Positions 18,773 through 27,736 of a stretch of DNA of 64,000 bases are shown here, in pieces (within the stretch, counting starts at the first letter, position 1; every line of letters begins with the position of its first letter). Both the position numbers and the translations under genes were made by a program. The stretch spans positions 6,411 to 70,410 of the forward strand of contig CAZBAG010000002.1 of the NCBI GenBank assembly GCA_964490365.1, in the 5' to 3' direction. The notes beneath the pieces were generated by a model. That model was not told where the DNA came from, did no database searches, and saw only the letters and a program-made list of their open reading frames with translations. The stretch is from an uncultured Candidatus Saccharibacteria bacterium. Lineage in GTDB: Bacteria > Patescibacteriota > Minisyncoccia > Phycocordibacterales > CSBR16-119.

Positions 18773-20359
18773 TTAGAGTTTACTTAAGTTTATTCCGTAC
18801 AAGTTCATATCGTGTTTGTTGATAAAGATGAAGTAGTCTTGCTTGTCGTTTACCATAGGACTTGTTACATCCATCTGTGCTGATGCTTTAGCACTATCAA
18901 GAATAATTTTTGAAGTATTTGTTGTTGCATCAATTTTCCATAATGCATCCATGAACAGAGACTCTCCTTTGTACCAATCATCAGGATAAAGAGCGAGTGG
19001 AACAGATGTTGGGGCTCCGCAGTATAATGTCTTGCTGTCTTTTGTCCAAGTACATTTTTCTGGAAGTGTTGTCGGAGAAAAATCAGACACCTTCCCTGTT
19101 GCGATAGTAAGTAACATTGTTTTCAGTGCGCCATTTTCATATGAACTATACAAGACCATCTTACCGTCTGGACTCACGTTTGTTGTCAGTCCATTTACGT
19201 TGGAAATAATATTCTTAAGGCTGTTGTTTTTTATATCAAGCATGTACGCATTTCCAGGATAGCGACCAGAAGCCCTTGTAGTCAGTGACACCATATTCTC
19301 AGTAATTACTTGTGGAAGAAAATCAGAGAACTTTGTATTCCAGACTCTCTTTGACTGACTTGTCTTAAAGTCATAGAGGTTCACACTCGCACCTGTTGCT
19401 TCTTTGGTCATATAGAGCGCCTTTTGACCACTTGGTAACAGTGACACGAACGATATTTTATTCGTAAGAAGAGTAGTATCGAGTGTTGCGTAGGTTCGCG
19501 CTGTTTCTGAAATGATGACAGGTTTTTTAATAGTTGCGACGAGATTCTCAACAACGTTACCTTTTAAATAACGCATAAGCACGATATTTTTTGTAGCATC
19601 AAAATACGCTTCGTACACTTTTGCAATCTGAGAACTTGTAACTCTGGCGAGTGGTTCTTCACGAGTTGTTGTTTTATCGTACACATAGCCATTTGCACGG
19701 TCAATAAAACGAACAAATTCTATTGTTTCTTTTTCAGGCGCTTTTACAACCTTTGGTTTAATACCTTGAAATTCATTTAGTTTTTTATAGGTAGTAGCTC
19801 CCACTACCCCATCTGGAGTAAGTCCATTTTTTGCCTGAAATTCAATAATTGCATTTTTAAGTGTTGTGTCAAAAGCATTATCAATAGCAAGCGCCGGTGA
19901 AGGAATTTGTCGATTGAGTACTGTCTTTATGTCGACAACTTCTTTTCTATCATCGCCAAATTTAAGCGATGGATACCCTGTAAAATCATAACCTTCAACA
20001 AGGTTTGCAGACACTTCTTCAGGAAGTTTAATTTCTCGCTCAACATACATGAACGTTGCACCAGCAACAGGCTCTTCACTTATTTTTTGCATGATTGGAG
20101 AATTTTCGTTGGCTATGAAGTCGGGGGTAATTGGTGTTTGGTCTTCACCTGTTTCTCCGTTTTCAGTAGTGCCTCCATTTGAGTTGTTTGTGCCACCAAG
20201 AGATGTGTCGTCTGAATCAATACCGAAAGGATTTTCTATATTTGTTTGTATTTGCGTTGCATCTTTTTTATTTTTTGCCCGCACAAGAATAACACCCAAA
20301 ATAACAAGTCCGATGACTAGCACTGAGATAAGTAAAATTTTAAAAAGTTTTTCTGACAT
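18773..20359 (-). CDS. Membrane-anchored protein with peptidoglycan-binding domain and TolB-like beta-propeller (start likely MSEKLF)
   Basis: N-terminal TM (LLISVLVIGLVILGVILV). PG_binding_1-like segment (NAIIEFQAKNGLTPDGVVGATTYKKL). C-terminal PD40/TolB-like repeats (SPDGKMVLYSS). Confidence 0.55.
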   Translation of the reverse strand: MSEKLFKILLISVLVIGLVILGVILVRAKNKKDATQIQTNIENPFGIDSDDTSLGGTNNSNGGTTENGETGEDQTPITPDFIANENSPIMQKISEEPVAGATFMYVEREIKLPEEVSANLVEGYDFTGYPSLKFGDDRKEVVDIKTVLNRQIPSPALAIDNAFDTTLKNAIIEFQAKNGLTPDGVVGATTYKKLNEFQGIKPKVVKAPEKETIEFVRFIDRANGYVYDKTTTREEPLARVTSSQIAKVYEAYFDATKNIVLMRYLKGNVVENLVATIKKPVIISETARTYATLDTTLLTNKISFVSLLPSGQKALYMTKEATGASVNLYDFKTSQSKRVWNTKFSDFLPQVITENMVSLTTRASGRYPGNAYMLDIKNNSLKNIISNVNGLTTNVSPDGKMVLYSSYENGALKTMLLTIATGKVSDFSPTTLPEKCTWTKDSKTLYCGAPTSVPLALYPDDWYKGESLFMDALWKIDATTNTSKIILDSAKASAQMDVTSPMVNDKQDYFIFINKHDMNLYGINLSKL

Positions 20360-20367
20360 AAAATAAT

Positions 20368-21912
20368 TTATTGAAACGTAACATGCCAATGCTGGGCAGT
20401 AGTGTTGTTTGTAGAACCGGAAGGTTCAGCATAAAAACTACCAAAACCAGGAACATTTATTGTAGCACCTCGCGGAAAATTTGAGCTTTGATTTGGTCCA
20501 CCAGGTAACGATGTAAGATACGAATTTAAGGTTAGCGTTGCTCTCATATCTACTACTTTTTTATTTGGGCCATGAGTTCTATGAAGCCATGCCTCACTCC
20601 CTCCCGTTATAACCAAATCACAGTTACATTGATTTTTAAAACTAATTATTTGAGAAATAAGATCAGAGGCTGAGCCTTCAAAATAAACAGATGTACAGCC
20701 TGATCCTCCTGCTGTTGGAGAACAGTCGTTGGGAGTATTGACAGTAACTCCAGCCGCTGCAAGCTGATTTCTTTGAGCAGTATCACTTGGCCAAGGCATT
20801 CCCTGGACAATTGGCTGACCACCAAGACTTGCAGTTGGGGCAATATTTGTACCTGGAGCAGCGTTACCATTGTTCCACTCCTCTGTTGGACCATCAAGAG
20901 AAACTGTTGGTATCTCTAGACTCAAATCTTCTGCTAAATCTGGATTTACTGTATTTAAAATAACCCAAGCACCTAATGCCAAGATGAGTCCCACAATGGC
21001 GTTAATAATATATTCTTTTGCTTGACCCTTTCCTCCAAACGACTCAGAAGTCATGTAGGTAATACCGCCAACAATAATCATAATGAGCGCAAGAAGACCC
21101 GCAATAACGATTAGTATCGTAAACAAAGATTCAAACCATTGCCCAAGGTTTAGGTCAGCTGTAAAACCAGGGAGAGGCGCCAGCGGTTCGGTTGAATATT
21201 CGCTTGGTACAACAGTATTACTTCCACCGGTACCTGGGGTAGTAACATTTACTGTTCCCGTGTCGGTTGAACATATGTTTGGAGGGCCGTACGACAACAC
21301 ATTTGGGGTAGAGCCTTGACCCTGTGGACAACCAACAACCCAATCAAAATTACATATAAAATCACATTCGTACTGTATTCCCGTAGAAGGAAGATCAAAG
21401 AGTTCTGGACTACCTTGAGCGCTTGTATTAAATATTTTTATCGACAAATTACAATCTTCAATTGTTGGAGTTGCCTCGCACGAACCAAGATTCCCTTCTT
21501 CGCCCACAATGAGCGGAATAGTAAAGTTTGAACTTGTTGTTTCAAAATGAACACTTCCTCCCTGCTGAGAGTTTGATCCTACTTGTTTCACTCGAATTCT
21601 AATATCCTGAATAGGTTCAACCTCAAATGTAGGTGCTGATGGGTTTACTGAGATATCCACATCAACATTTTGAATCAATATCCTTAAAACATTTCCAGTA
21701 GTAGTATCACAGTTCGTAGTCTGAATATCCATATAAAAATATGGCGGTGCTTCATCGTTATAGTTGTTGATTGTTGACCCTGTCGGTATTCTTGGTGTAA
21801 ACGATGTTACCTGACATGCTTCTGCAGACGAAGTACCGAAAAACAAAAAGAAGCCGAGACAAAAAGAACTTACTAAAAGAAATTGTTTGAAAAGCTTATT
21901 CATTGTTTGCAA
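20368..21912 (-). CDS. Secreted protein with central pilin-like double-TM segment (possible VirB2/TrbC-like pilin or adhesin)
   Basis: Signal peptide (LLVSSFCLGFFLFFGTSSAEA). The mid-protein has two adjacent hydrophobic helices separated by a short Gly-rich loop (LFTILIVIAGLLALIMIIVGGITY...AIVGLILALGAWVILNTV), reminiscent of TrbC/VirB2 pilins. A ~200-aa C-terminal domain has no recognised motifs. Confidence 0.45.
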   Translation of the reverse strand: MQTMNKLFKQFLLVSSFCLGFFLFFGTSSAEACQVTSFTPRIPTGSTINNYNDEAPPYFYMDIQTTNCDTTTGNVLRILIQNVDVDISVNPSAPTFEVEPIQDIRIRVKQVGSNSQQGGSVHFETTSSNFTIPLIVGEEGNLGSCEATPTIEDCNLSIKIFNTSAQGSPELFDLPSTGIQYECDFICNFDWVVGCPQGQGSTPNVLSYGPPNICSTDTGTVNVTTPGTGGSNTVVPSEYSTEPLAPLPGFTADLNLGQWFESLFTILIVIAGLLALIMIIVGGITYMTSESFGGKGQAKEYIINAIVGLILALGAWVILNTVNPDLAEDLSLEIPTVSLDGPTEEWNNGNAAPGTNIAPTASLGGQPIVQGMPWPSDTAQRNQLAAAGVTVNTPNDCSPTAGGSGCTSVYFEGSASDLISQIISFKNQCNCDLVITGGSEAWLHRTHGPNKKVVDMRATLTLNSYLTSLPGGPNQSSNFPRGATINVPGFGSFYAEPSGSTNNTTAQHWHVTFQ

Positions 21913-22864
21913 TATTTAATCGTAATATTCGTGCATTTTGCTGTAGTAACTGTGAAGTATTATTTGTACTAAAACCAACCTCAACATTTGTTATCCTATC
22001 TGCAATGGTAAGAAGAATGCTGTTTTTAACATCGGTTGGAGTAGCACGCCCGTTAAGCTTCCATTCTGTTTGAAGTGATGGATCGTTTAAACTATTGGTA
22101 AATATAAAATATGGCTCTGCAATAAGATTGATCGATCTCTTTGTAAACGTTTGATTGTTTTTAACTGCCTTGTTATACAAAGGTCCGTACGAAACATTGT
22201 ATTCATAGAAATGAATTTCGCTTGATGCTGGAGCAATAAGAATATTTCGAGCAAGAGATCTTGAAAAGCCCGTTCCGGCAACTTCAATCGTGTTTTCTTT
22301 ATCAAGAGCAGAAGACAAATACGTAAAACTATTCAGGCCGTATCCTGATTGTCCTGCAAAATTAGAACCATCTTTTCGCCATGCATAGCTGTACAAAGCG
22401 GCGTCAGGAACAAGTCCTTTGTCGTTTTTTATTTGAGGTAGTGCTACCACTTTAACCCGTGAGCCTTTAATCGGAAATACTTTTCCTTTATAGAAAGGTG
22501 GTTCGTAGCCACCAACAACCTCCCACAACACATCAATAGATGAAGGTTGTATTTTAATAGATTGCTCAACAAGCTGATTTTTTATTTTAAGTGTCGCACG
22601 TATCGTATTTCCACTATCGCCAACAACGAAGCTGTAGTTTTTCATGCCAATTCCCTTTTTATCAAGCTTTCCATCTTTATACCAAGACACTTCTACAGCG
22701 TTTATGTCGGTGTCGAAAGACGTAAGAGATAAAGAAACGCTATCACCCGTTGGTGGATACAGAGACGACGCCTGTAGCTCAAGCGACTGCGCATGAGAAA
22801 AAAGAGGTAGCGCTAAAAAAAGAAAGGTTCCACCTATAACTTTTTTTAGCAATGAAGTACTCAT
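21896..22864 (-). CDS. Secreted hypothetical protein (322 aa)
   Basis: Signal peptide (GGTFLFLALPLFSHAQS). The start of the downstream gene overlaps its 3' end, suggesting co-transcription. Confidence 0.5.
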   Translation of the reverse strand: MSTSLLKKVIGGTFLFLALPLFSHAQSLELQASSLYPPTGDSVSLSLTSFDTDINAVEVSWYKDGKLDKKGIGMKNYSFVVGDSGNTIRATLKIKNQLVEQSIKIQPSSIDVLWEVVGGYEPPFYKGKVFPIKGSRVKVVALPQIKNDKGLVPDAALYSYAWRKDGSNFAGQSGYGLNSFTYLSSALDKENTIEVAGTGFSRSLARNILIAPASSEIHFYEYNVSYGPLYNKAVKNNQTFTKRSINLIAEPYFIFTNSLNDPSLQTEWKLNGRATPTDVKNSILLTIADRITNVEVGFSTNNTSQLLQQNARILRLNIANNE

Positions 22865-22870
22865 AATAAC

Positions 22871-23509
22871 CTAAGATTTTAATTCCTCTGCAACTTCTTT
22901 TTCTATGTTTGATATTTCTCCTGTCAGAGTTTCTACTTTATGTAATTGATCTTCGATTTTTCCTTTTGAATCTTCGAGTTCTTTAATATTTTGAATTCCT
23001 TTCGCAATATCTTCTTTGACATGTTTTAGATTATCGAGTTCTTTTTGAACTTCTGTTTTTTTCAGACCAAGCTTTTCTTGGATTTTTGACAACATGCCAC
23101 GAAGACTGAAGACTTTTTCGTTTAATGATTCATTTTTTACTGGGATTGTTTGTCCAACAGTTTTTTTAAACTCTTGCTCAAGATCCGAAGCACTTGCCAT
23201 AGTTTCTGCTTGTTTTGGAGCAGGTGCCACAGGATTTGGCACTACAGGCGTTGTAGGTTTGGCGGCCGCAGCATTCATATCCATTTTTTCTTTAAGTGCG
23301 CTTAGGTCTTCTTTGTTTTCTGGTGCAACAAAATTAATACCAATATCTTTAAGATCTGCATCATCTTTTGAAGATGGTGCACTGTCTATATCGACAAATG
23401 TTTCTGTTTTTTCTTCTGTAGACGACAAATCAACCCCTGCATTGTGTAGTGTGTCCTTTTCTCCTCCTGTTATATTATTTGCTGTTTTATTATCTGTATC
23501 CATTGGCAT
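22871..23509 (-). CDS. Coiled-coil or disordered hypothetical protein (212 aa)
   Basis: Acidic, low-complexity N-terminal half and a Lys/Glu-rich heptad-like C-terminal half. It sits directly downstream of VirB4. Confidence 0.4.
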   Translation of the reverse strand: MPMDTDNKTANNITGGEKDTLHNAGVDLSSTEEKTETFVDIDSAPSSKDDADLKDIGINFVAPENKEDLSALKEKMDMNAAAAKPTTPVVPNPVAPAPKQAETMASASDLEQEFKKTVGQTIPVKNESLNEKVFSLRGMLSKIQEKLGLKKTEVQKELDNLKHVKEDIAKGIQNIKELEDSKGKIEDQLHKVETLTGEISNIEKEVAEELKS

Positions 23510-23555
23510 TATTATACCAAGAAGATTCAGAAAGAGTATTTAACTATTGTGAATA

Positions 23556-25613
23556 TTAGGCCTGTTCTTTGAACATTCGCTCAAGCTCTTCAATTTCAGC
23601 ATCAAGCCGTTTACGTTCATCTTCCATGGTTTCTGCCTCGGTTTTTGAAGTAGGAGAAGATTCTAGGGCTTCTGACACTACTTCCGCTTGTTTTTCCATG
23701 ACAGGCCCTGGTTCAACTGGCTCAGGAGACGCCTCTACAGAACTTTCGTAGGTTATAGGGTATTCTTCTTTTGCTGGCTGACTTGACCCCTCTTCTTCTT
23801 GCATATACTCGTCTTTTGCCTTTTTAATAGCAAGGATTTGAGACGGATCGGAGGTAATAATTTGATCTTCAGTATATGAGGCAATGATTTTAATGGCTAC
23901 GTGCTTAAGACCCGCAAAGAAAATTCCTTCTCCAACTTCAGATTCAAGAAGTAGGTATTTTTCTTCATCGGTTAAATTAAACACTTTTTGCAAAGCATCA
24001 GCAGAGCTTGTCGATTGCTTTAAGAGAAGTTGCATCGATGAGTTTGTAACGATCGGCATGCCGTACGGAGAGTTAATAAAATCATTTACGTCCTGAGTAA
24101 TTGTTGAAAGGCCGAGATAATATTTTCGTCCTCGTTTTGCGATCGAATACAAGAAACTCGCCGTATCCTCAGATTTCATCATCCACCACGCCTCATCAAC
24201 GATCAGTAATCGTTTTTTTAGATTTTTTCTAACCGCGTTCCAGATAAAGTGCGTAATAATATACATAGCAACAGGTTTGAGGTCGTCTTCCATGTCTCGC
24301 ACAGAGAACACAATAAATTTTCTATTAATATCAACGTTTGTTGGCTGATTCAAGAAATTTTTCCATGTTCCTTGTGTATATTTTAAAAGTCGTGTTACGA
24401 CTGACTCACTTCCCTCGAGACCAGAAAGAACCATTTCAAAATCAGAAAGAAGCGGTGGTTCAATATTTGCAAAGTCTGACTCTGCAGAAATATCTTTCAT
24501 GGCATAGGTTTCCGTAATTGCCTTATCGATCAACGCATCTTCTTCTGGTGTAAGACCGCCGAGCATAATACGAAAGAGTCCAACAAGCTGAATCGTGTTT
24601 CCTCGAAGTACATCTTCAGGTGTTTCGTCGCCTGTCGGCATTGGAAGGTCAAATGGGTTGATATGATGCTCTGAAGAAAGCGAAATATTGAAATATCGTC
24701 CACCAATCGCCTCGGCCAAATATTCGTATTCTCGTTCAGGGTCAATAACAATCACCTCTGCATCAAACATAAGCGTTCGAAGAATTTCAAGTTTTGTTGA
24801 ATATGATTTACCGGAACCAGACTTCGCAAACGTTACCGAGTTATAGTTTTCAAGAGAAAATCGATCGAAAATAATGAGCGACGAGTTGTGTCGATTCACC
24901 CCATACAAAATACCCTTGTCTGAAGATAGGTCAAACGAAACGAATGGAAACAGACTTGAAAGTGGTTCAGAATTTAATTTTTGGTGAATTGCCAGAAAGT
25001 CATTCCCTGTTGGAATCACACTGTTGAATCCAACATCTTGCTGGAACAATGCTGGCTTAATGTATACGAGCTTTGATTCGAGCATTGATTTCACTTCGCT
25101 CTCTATTTTTGAAAGCTCTTTTTCATTGTCAGCATAGAGTGTGATATACAAACCAACATCAAACATTTTTTGTTGGGCTTGTTGTAAGCTGTCTCGAAGA
25201 CTTTCAAGATCTTGATACGCTGTATCAAGCACGGGGTCGCGAACCAAACCTTTTGATTCACGAACATTGATTTGACTTTGCACTTCAGCAACTTTCTTTT
25301 GGAATTTTTTTAGAATATCTTCAGTGTTGATGTCGTGAATATGAATTGCAACATCAAAAATTTTGTCGAGGTTAATGATTGGTGTAAACCAGTTATCTGA
25401 CAAATATCGTGGATATGAGATCACGAAATATGTTCTTGTTATTTTGTCACCAAGGTTAAGATTTTTTGGCGACACCTTAAGAGCAGAAGGAGCGAGAATA
25501 TCTTGAAGCTCAAGCGTAGCCGCTTCATAAATCTCTTTCGGCAACACTGGCATGATTTCACGCTTTTTTGATCCGGTTTTATTTGATTTTAAGATAGTAT
25601 CAAGAAAACCCAT
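23556..25613 (-). CDS. virB4: VirB4/TrbE/CagE-family type IV secretion ATPase (Gram-positive/CPR type)
   Basis: Walker A TFAKSGSGKSYSTK and Walker B LLIVDEAWWMM. The N-terminal LGDKITRTYFVISYPRYLSDNWF matches the conserved D/YPRYL..GW block of TcpF/PrgJ/TraE-type VirB4. It has an acidic C-terminal tail. Confidence 0.85.
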   Translation of the reverse strand: MGFLDTILKSNKTGSKKREIMPVLPKEIYEAATLELQDILAPSALKVSPKNLNLGDKITRTYFVISYPRYLSDNWFTPIINLDKIFDVAIHIHDINTEDILKKFQKKVAEVQSQINVRESKGLVRDPVLDTAYQDLESLRDSLQQAQQKMFDVGLYITLYADNEKELSKIESEVKSMLESKLVYIKPALFQQDVGFNSVIPTGNDFLAIHQKLNSEPLSSLFPFVSFDLSSDKGILYGVNRHNSSLIIFDRFSLENYNSVTFAKSGSGKSYSTKLEILRTLMFDAEVIVIDPEREYEYLAEAIGGRYFNISLSSEHHINPFDLPMPTGDETPEDVLRGNTIQLVGLFRIMLGGLTPEEDALIDKAITETYAMKDISAESDFANIEPPLLSDFEMVLSGLEGSESVVTRLLKYTQGTWKNFLNQPTNVDINRKFIVFSVRDMEDDLKPVAMYIITHFIWNAVRKNLKKRLLIVDEAWWMMKSEDTASFLYSIAKRGRKYYLGLSTITQDVNDFINSPYGMPIVTNSSMQLLLKQSTSSADALQKVFNLTDEEKYLLLESEVGEGIFFAGLKHVAIKIIASYTEDQIITSDPSQILAIKKAKDEYMQEEEGSSQPAKEEYPITYESSVEASPEPVEPGPVMEKQAEVVSEALESSPTSKTEAETMEDERKRLDAEIEELERMFKEQA

Positions 25614-25614
25614 A

Positions 25615-26250
25615 TTATTCTTTATTAAAACTTATCTTTGATTCAGCATCTCCGGGGTTAAATACTCGGTAAAAAAGCTCAACTTCTTCGTCTGTTTTCA
25701 GTGCCACGGTTCGCACGCCGACACGAGAAAGACCCTGTTGCACAAGTGAAACTCTTTGTTCAAGTTGAGATCTATATGATTCAAATTCTGCCTTTTTATC
25801 CTTTTCAATTTTTGAGCTTGGTAAAATTTTATCAAGAAAACCACCAGAGGTTGGCAATACTGCGGGTGTATACGGAACAATGATAAAGAAGTGTTTCGTC
25901 ATAATATTTACATTATCCGTGAAGTTTTGGATAAATTGCATATATTCTTGAGTTTGTATTTTCAAAAGAGGTTCCGTCTGAATTTTCAACTTCTCTTCAA
26001 GTGTTGCTAGGTACGACGTAACATCATATTTTCGAGATTGAATTGAAATTTGCACTGAGAAATCAAGTGTATTTAGGAAGTTTTGAAACTGCATGATAAT
26101 TGCATTTTGTTCATCTTCTGACTTAAGCGAGATGTTTACCGATGACGCCATCAACACTGAACGCAATCCGCCATCTTTTAAAACAACGATTCCATCTTGA
26201 ATCTCTTTTATAGGAACAAATTCTTGTGATGCGCGTGCATTTAATGCCAT
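25615..26250 (-). CDS. T4SS-associated hypothetical protein (211 aa)
   Basis: Ends 1 nt before the virB4 start, consistent with translational coupling. It is soluble, and its N-terminus (IKEIQDGIVVLKDGGLRSVLMASSVNISLKSEDEQ) loosely resembles the VirB4 N-terminal region consensus. Confidence 0.4.
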   Translation of the reverse strand: MALNARASQEFVPIKEIQDGIVVLKDGGLRSVLMASSVNISLKSEDEQNAIIMQFQNFLNTLDFSVQISIQSRKYDVTSYLATLEEKLKIQTEPLLKIQTQEYMQFIQNFTDNVNIMTKHFFIIVPYTPAVLPTSGGFLDKILPSSKIEKDKKAEFESYRSQLEQRVSLVQQGLSRVGVRTVALKTDEEVELFYRVFNPGDAESKISFNKE

Positions 26251-26276
26251 AGAGGTAAGTATATTCTATCACACAA

Positions 26277-26696
26277 CTATTTTTGTCTTTTGTTCATATC
26301 CAATACATCGAGACTCCATGATATGTCTTTTAATTTACTTTCGGTAAGCCGAGGCAAATTATCCGAAGAAGTGGGGTTCAGCGATGCACGACTTGGTAAG
26401 ACTTTTTCTTTCTTTGGAGCTCGTTGTCGCCAAATAAAAAGTTTACTTCTGAAAAAATAGACGAATGATGATTGAAGAACTTCTGAAAATTCTCGGCCAT
26501 TTACTTTGTAAAATGTGAGAAGGAGTGCAAGTCCAACAATAACAAGTATCGCTGGGATAGCAATAAGGATAGGCAGTGTTTTATAAAACACATATCCCCC
26601 ACCAGCGCCACCTAAAAGATAGATGAATTGTTTAAAGGTAAAAGGACCAAAAATTTTATCTTCTATTTCAATAAATTGTGGAACTTGGAATCGCAT
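26277..26696 (-). CDS. PrgI-family (VirB3-like) small membrane protein
   Basis: N-terminal MRFQVPQFIEIEDKIFGPFTFKQFIYLLGGAGGGYVFY matches the hallmark start of PrgI/TcpE-like proteins. Two TM helices follow. Confidence 0.6.
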   Translation of the reverse strand: MRFQVPQFIEIEDKIFGPFTFKQFIYLLGGAGGGYVFYKTLPILIAIPAILVIVGLALLLTFYKVNGREFSEVLQSSFVYFFRSKLFIWRQRAPKKEKVLPSRASLNPTSSDNLPRLTESKLKDISWSLDVLDMNKRQK

Positions 26697-26749
26697 GTCT
26701 TTATTATAAATCAGGAAGTAGTAAGTAAAAAGTAGGAAGTAGTGAGTAA

Positions 26750-27097
26750 CTATTTATTAACGAAATAGTTAAGAAGCTTCATGGTTTCATTAAGAAGGGT
26801 ATCTGTCTTTGAAAAATCAAATTTCTTTGTTAATTTCAATCGTTTAATAATCTCTATTTGTGTTTCAAGCTCAGCACCAGAACCAAAAGCAATGAGTAAG
26901 AATTGCTTAAATGATTTACTTGAATTTATTCTAAATCCCTCTGCAATATTTGATGGAATGGATACTGACGCTCTTGTTATTTGTGATGATAAACCAAATT
27001 TTTCTTCAGAGGGTAATTGTTTTACAAGTTTGTAAATCTCCTCAACAAGACTCATAGATTTTTGCCATACAATGAGATCTTTATGTCCGTTTTTCAT
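26750..27097 (-). CDS. Four-helix-bundle protein (23S rRNA intervening-sequence protein family)
   Basis: 115 aa. DLIVWQKSMSLVEEIYKLVKQLPSEEKFGLSSQITRASVSIPSNIAEG is characteristic of this family. Confidence 0.6.
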   Translation of the reverse strand: MKNGHKDLIVWQKSMSLVEEIYKLVKQLPSEEKFGLSSQITRASVSIPSNIAEGFRINSSKSFKQFLLIAFGSGAELETQIEIIKRLKLTKKFDFSKTDTLLNETMKLLNYFVNK

Positions 27098-27139
27098 AAA
27101 GTTTTTACTTACTACTCTCTACTCACTACTTTTTACTTG

Positions 27140-27733
27140 CTATTCTATTGGTTCACGGTATGGATCAAAAGCAACTTTTGGCATAGTAACCACATTATCT
27201 TTCACTTGTTGTTCGGGAACACTGACTGGTGGTTTTTCTGGTTCTGGAGGAGGAACAGCCACTACTAACTTTTCCTGTGTTGGTTTTTGAGTATCCACCA
27301 TAGTAATAAGGGGTTTTTTGTCAGTTCGTGGAACATAGTTATCCTCCAATTCAACACCAGCATGGTGAAGTTCGTCTTTTTCTTCATCGGCCATAATTTC
27401 TCCTGCACTTACCTTTTCATAGTGCACTTTCAGAGCATCACGAATCTTTGAAAACAGTCGATTGTTTATTTCGTCAACAATATTCATGAGTTCGTCATCG
27501 TTTAAACCAATTCTTTTTTGAATATTGTCGGGAAAGTGTTTTGGGTGTTCAAGTCCGATCATGGTTAAGATTGTTTCAACAGACAAGATATCGATGTCAT
27601 CGATATGCATTTTATGTTCACGACCAATGTTGAACACTGTTCTCTCCCAATCAGAAAGCTTAATAGCCTCAGCAACTTCTGCTGGAATTTTATGCATTTG
27701 ATCGGCTATTAACTTTTTTTGATTGTCATCCAT
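27140..27733 (-). CDS. Hypothetical protein (197 aa), part of the T4SS-like locus
   Basis: Soluble, with a Pro/Glu-rich C-terminus. Its start is 3 nt from the stop of the VirB6-like gene. Confidence 0.4.
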   Translation of the reverse strand: MDDNQKKLIADQMHKIPAEVAEAIKLSDWERTVFNIGREHKMHIDDIDILSVETILTMIGLEHPKHFPDNIQKRIGLNDDELMNIVDEINNRLFSKIRDALKVHYEKVSAGEIMADEEKDELHHAGVELEDNYVPRTDKKPLITMVDTQKPTQEKLVVAVPPPEPEKPPVSVPEQQVKDNVVTMPKVAFDPYREPIE

Positions 27734-27736
27734 ATA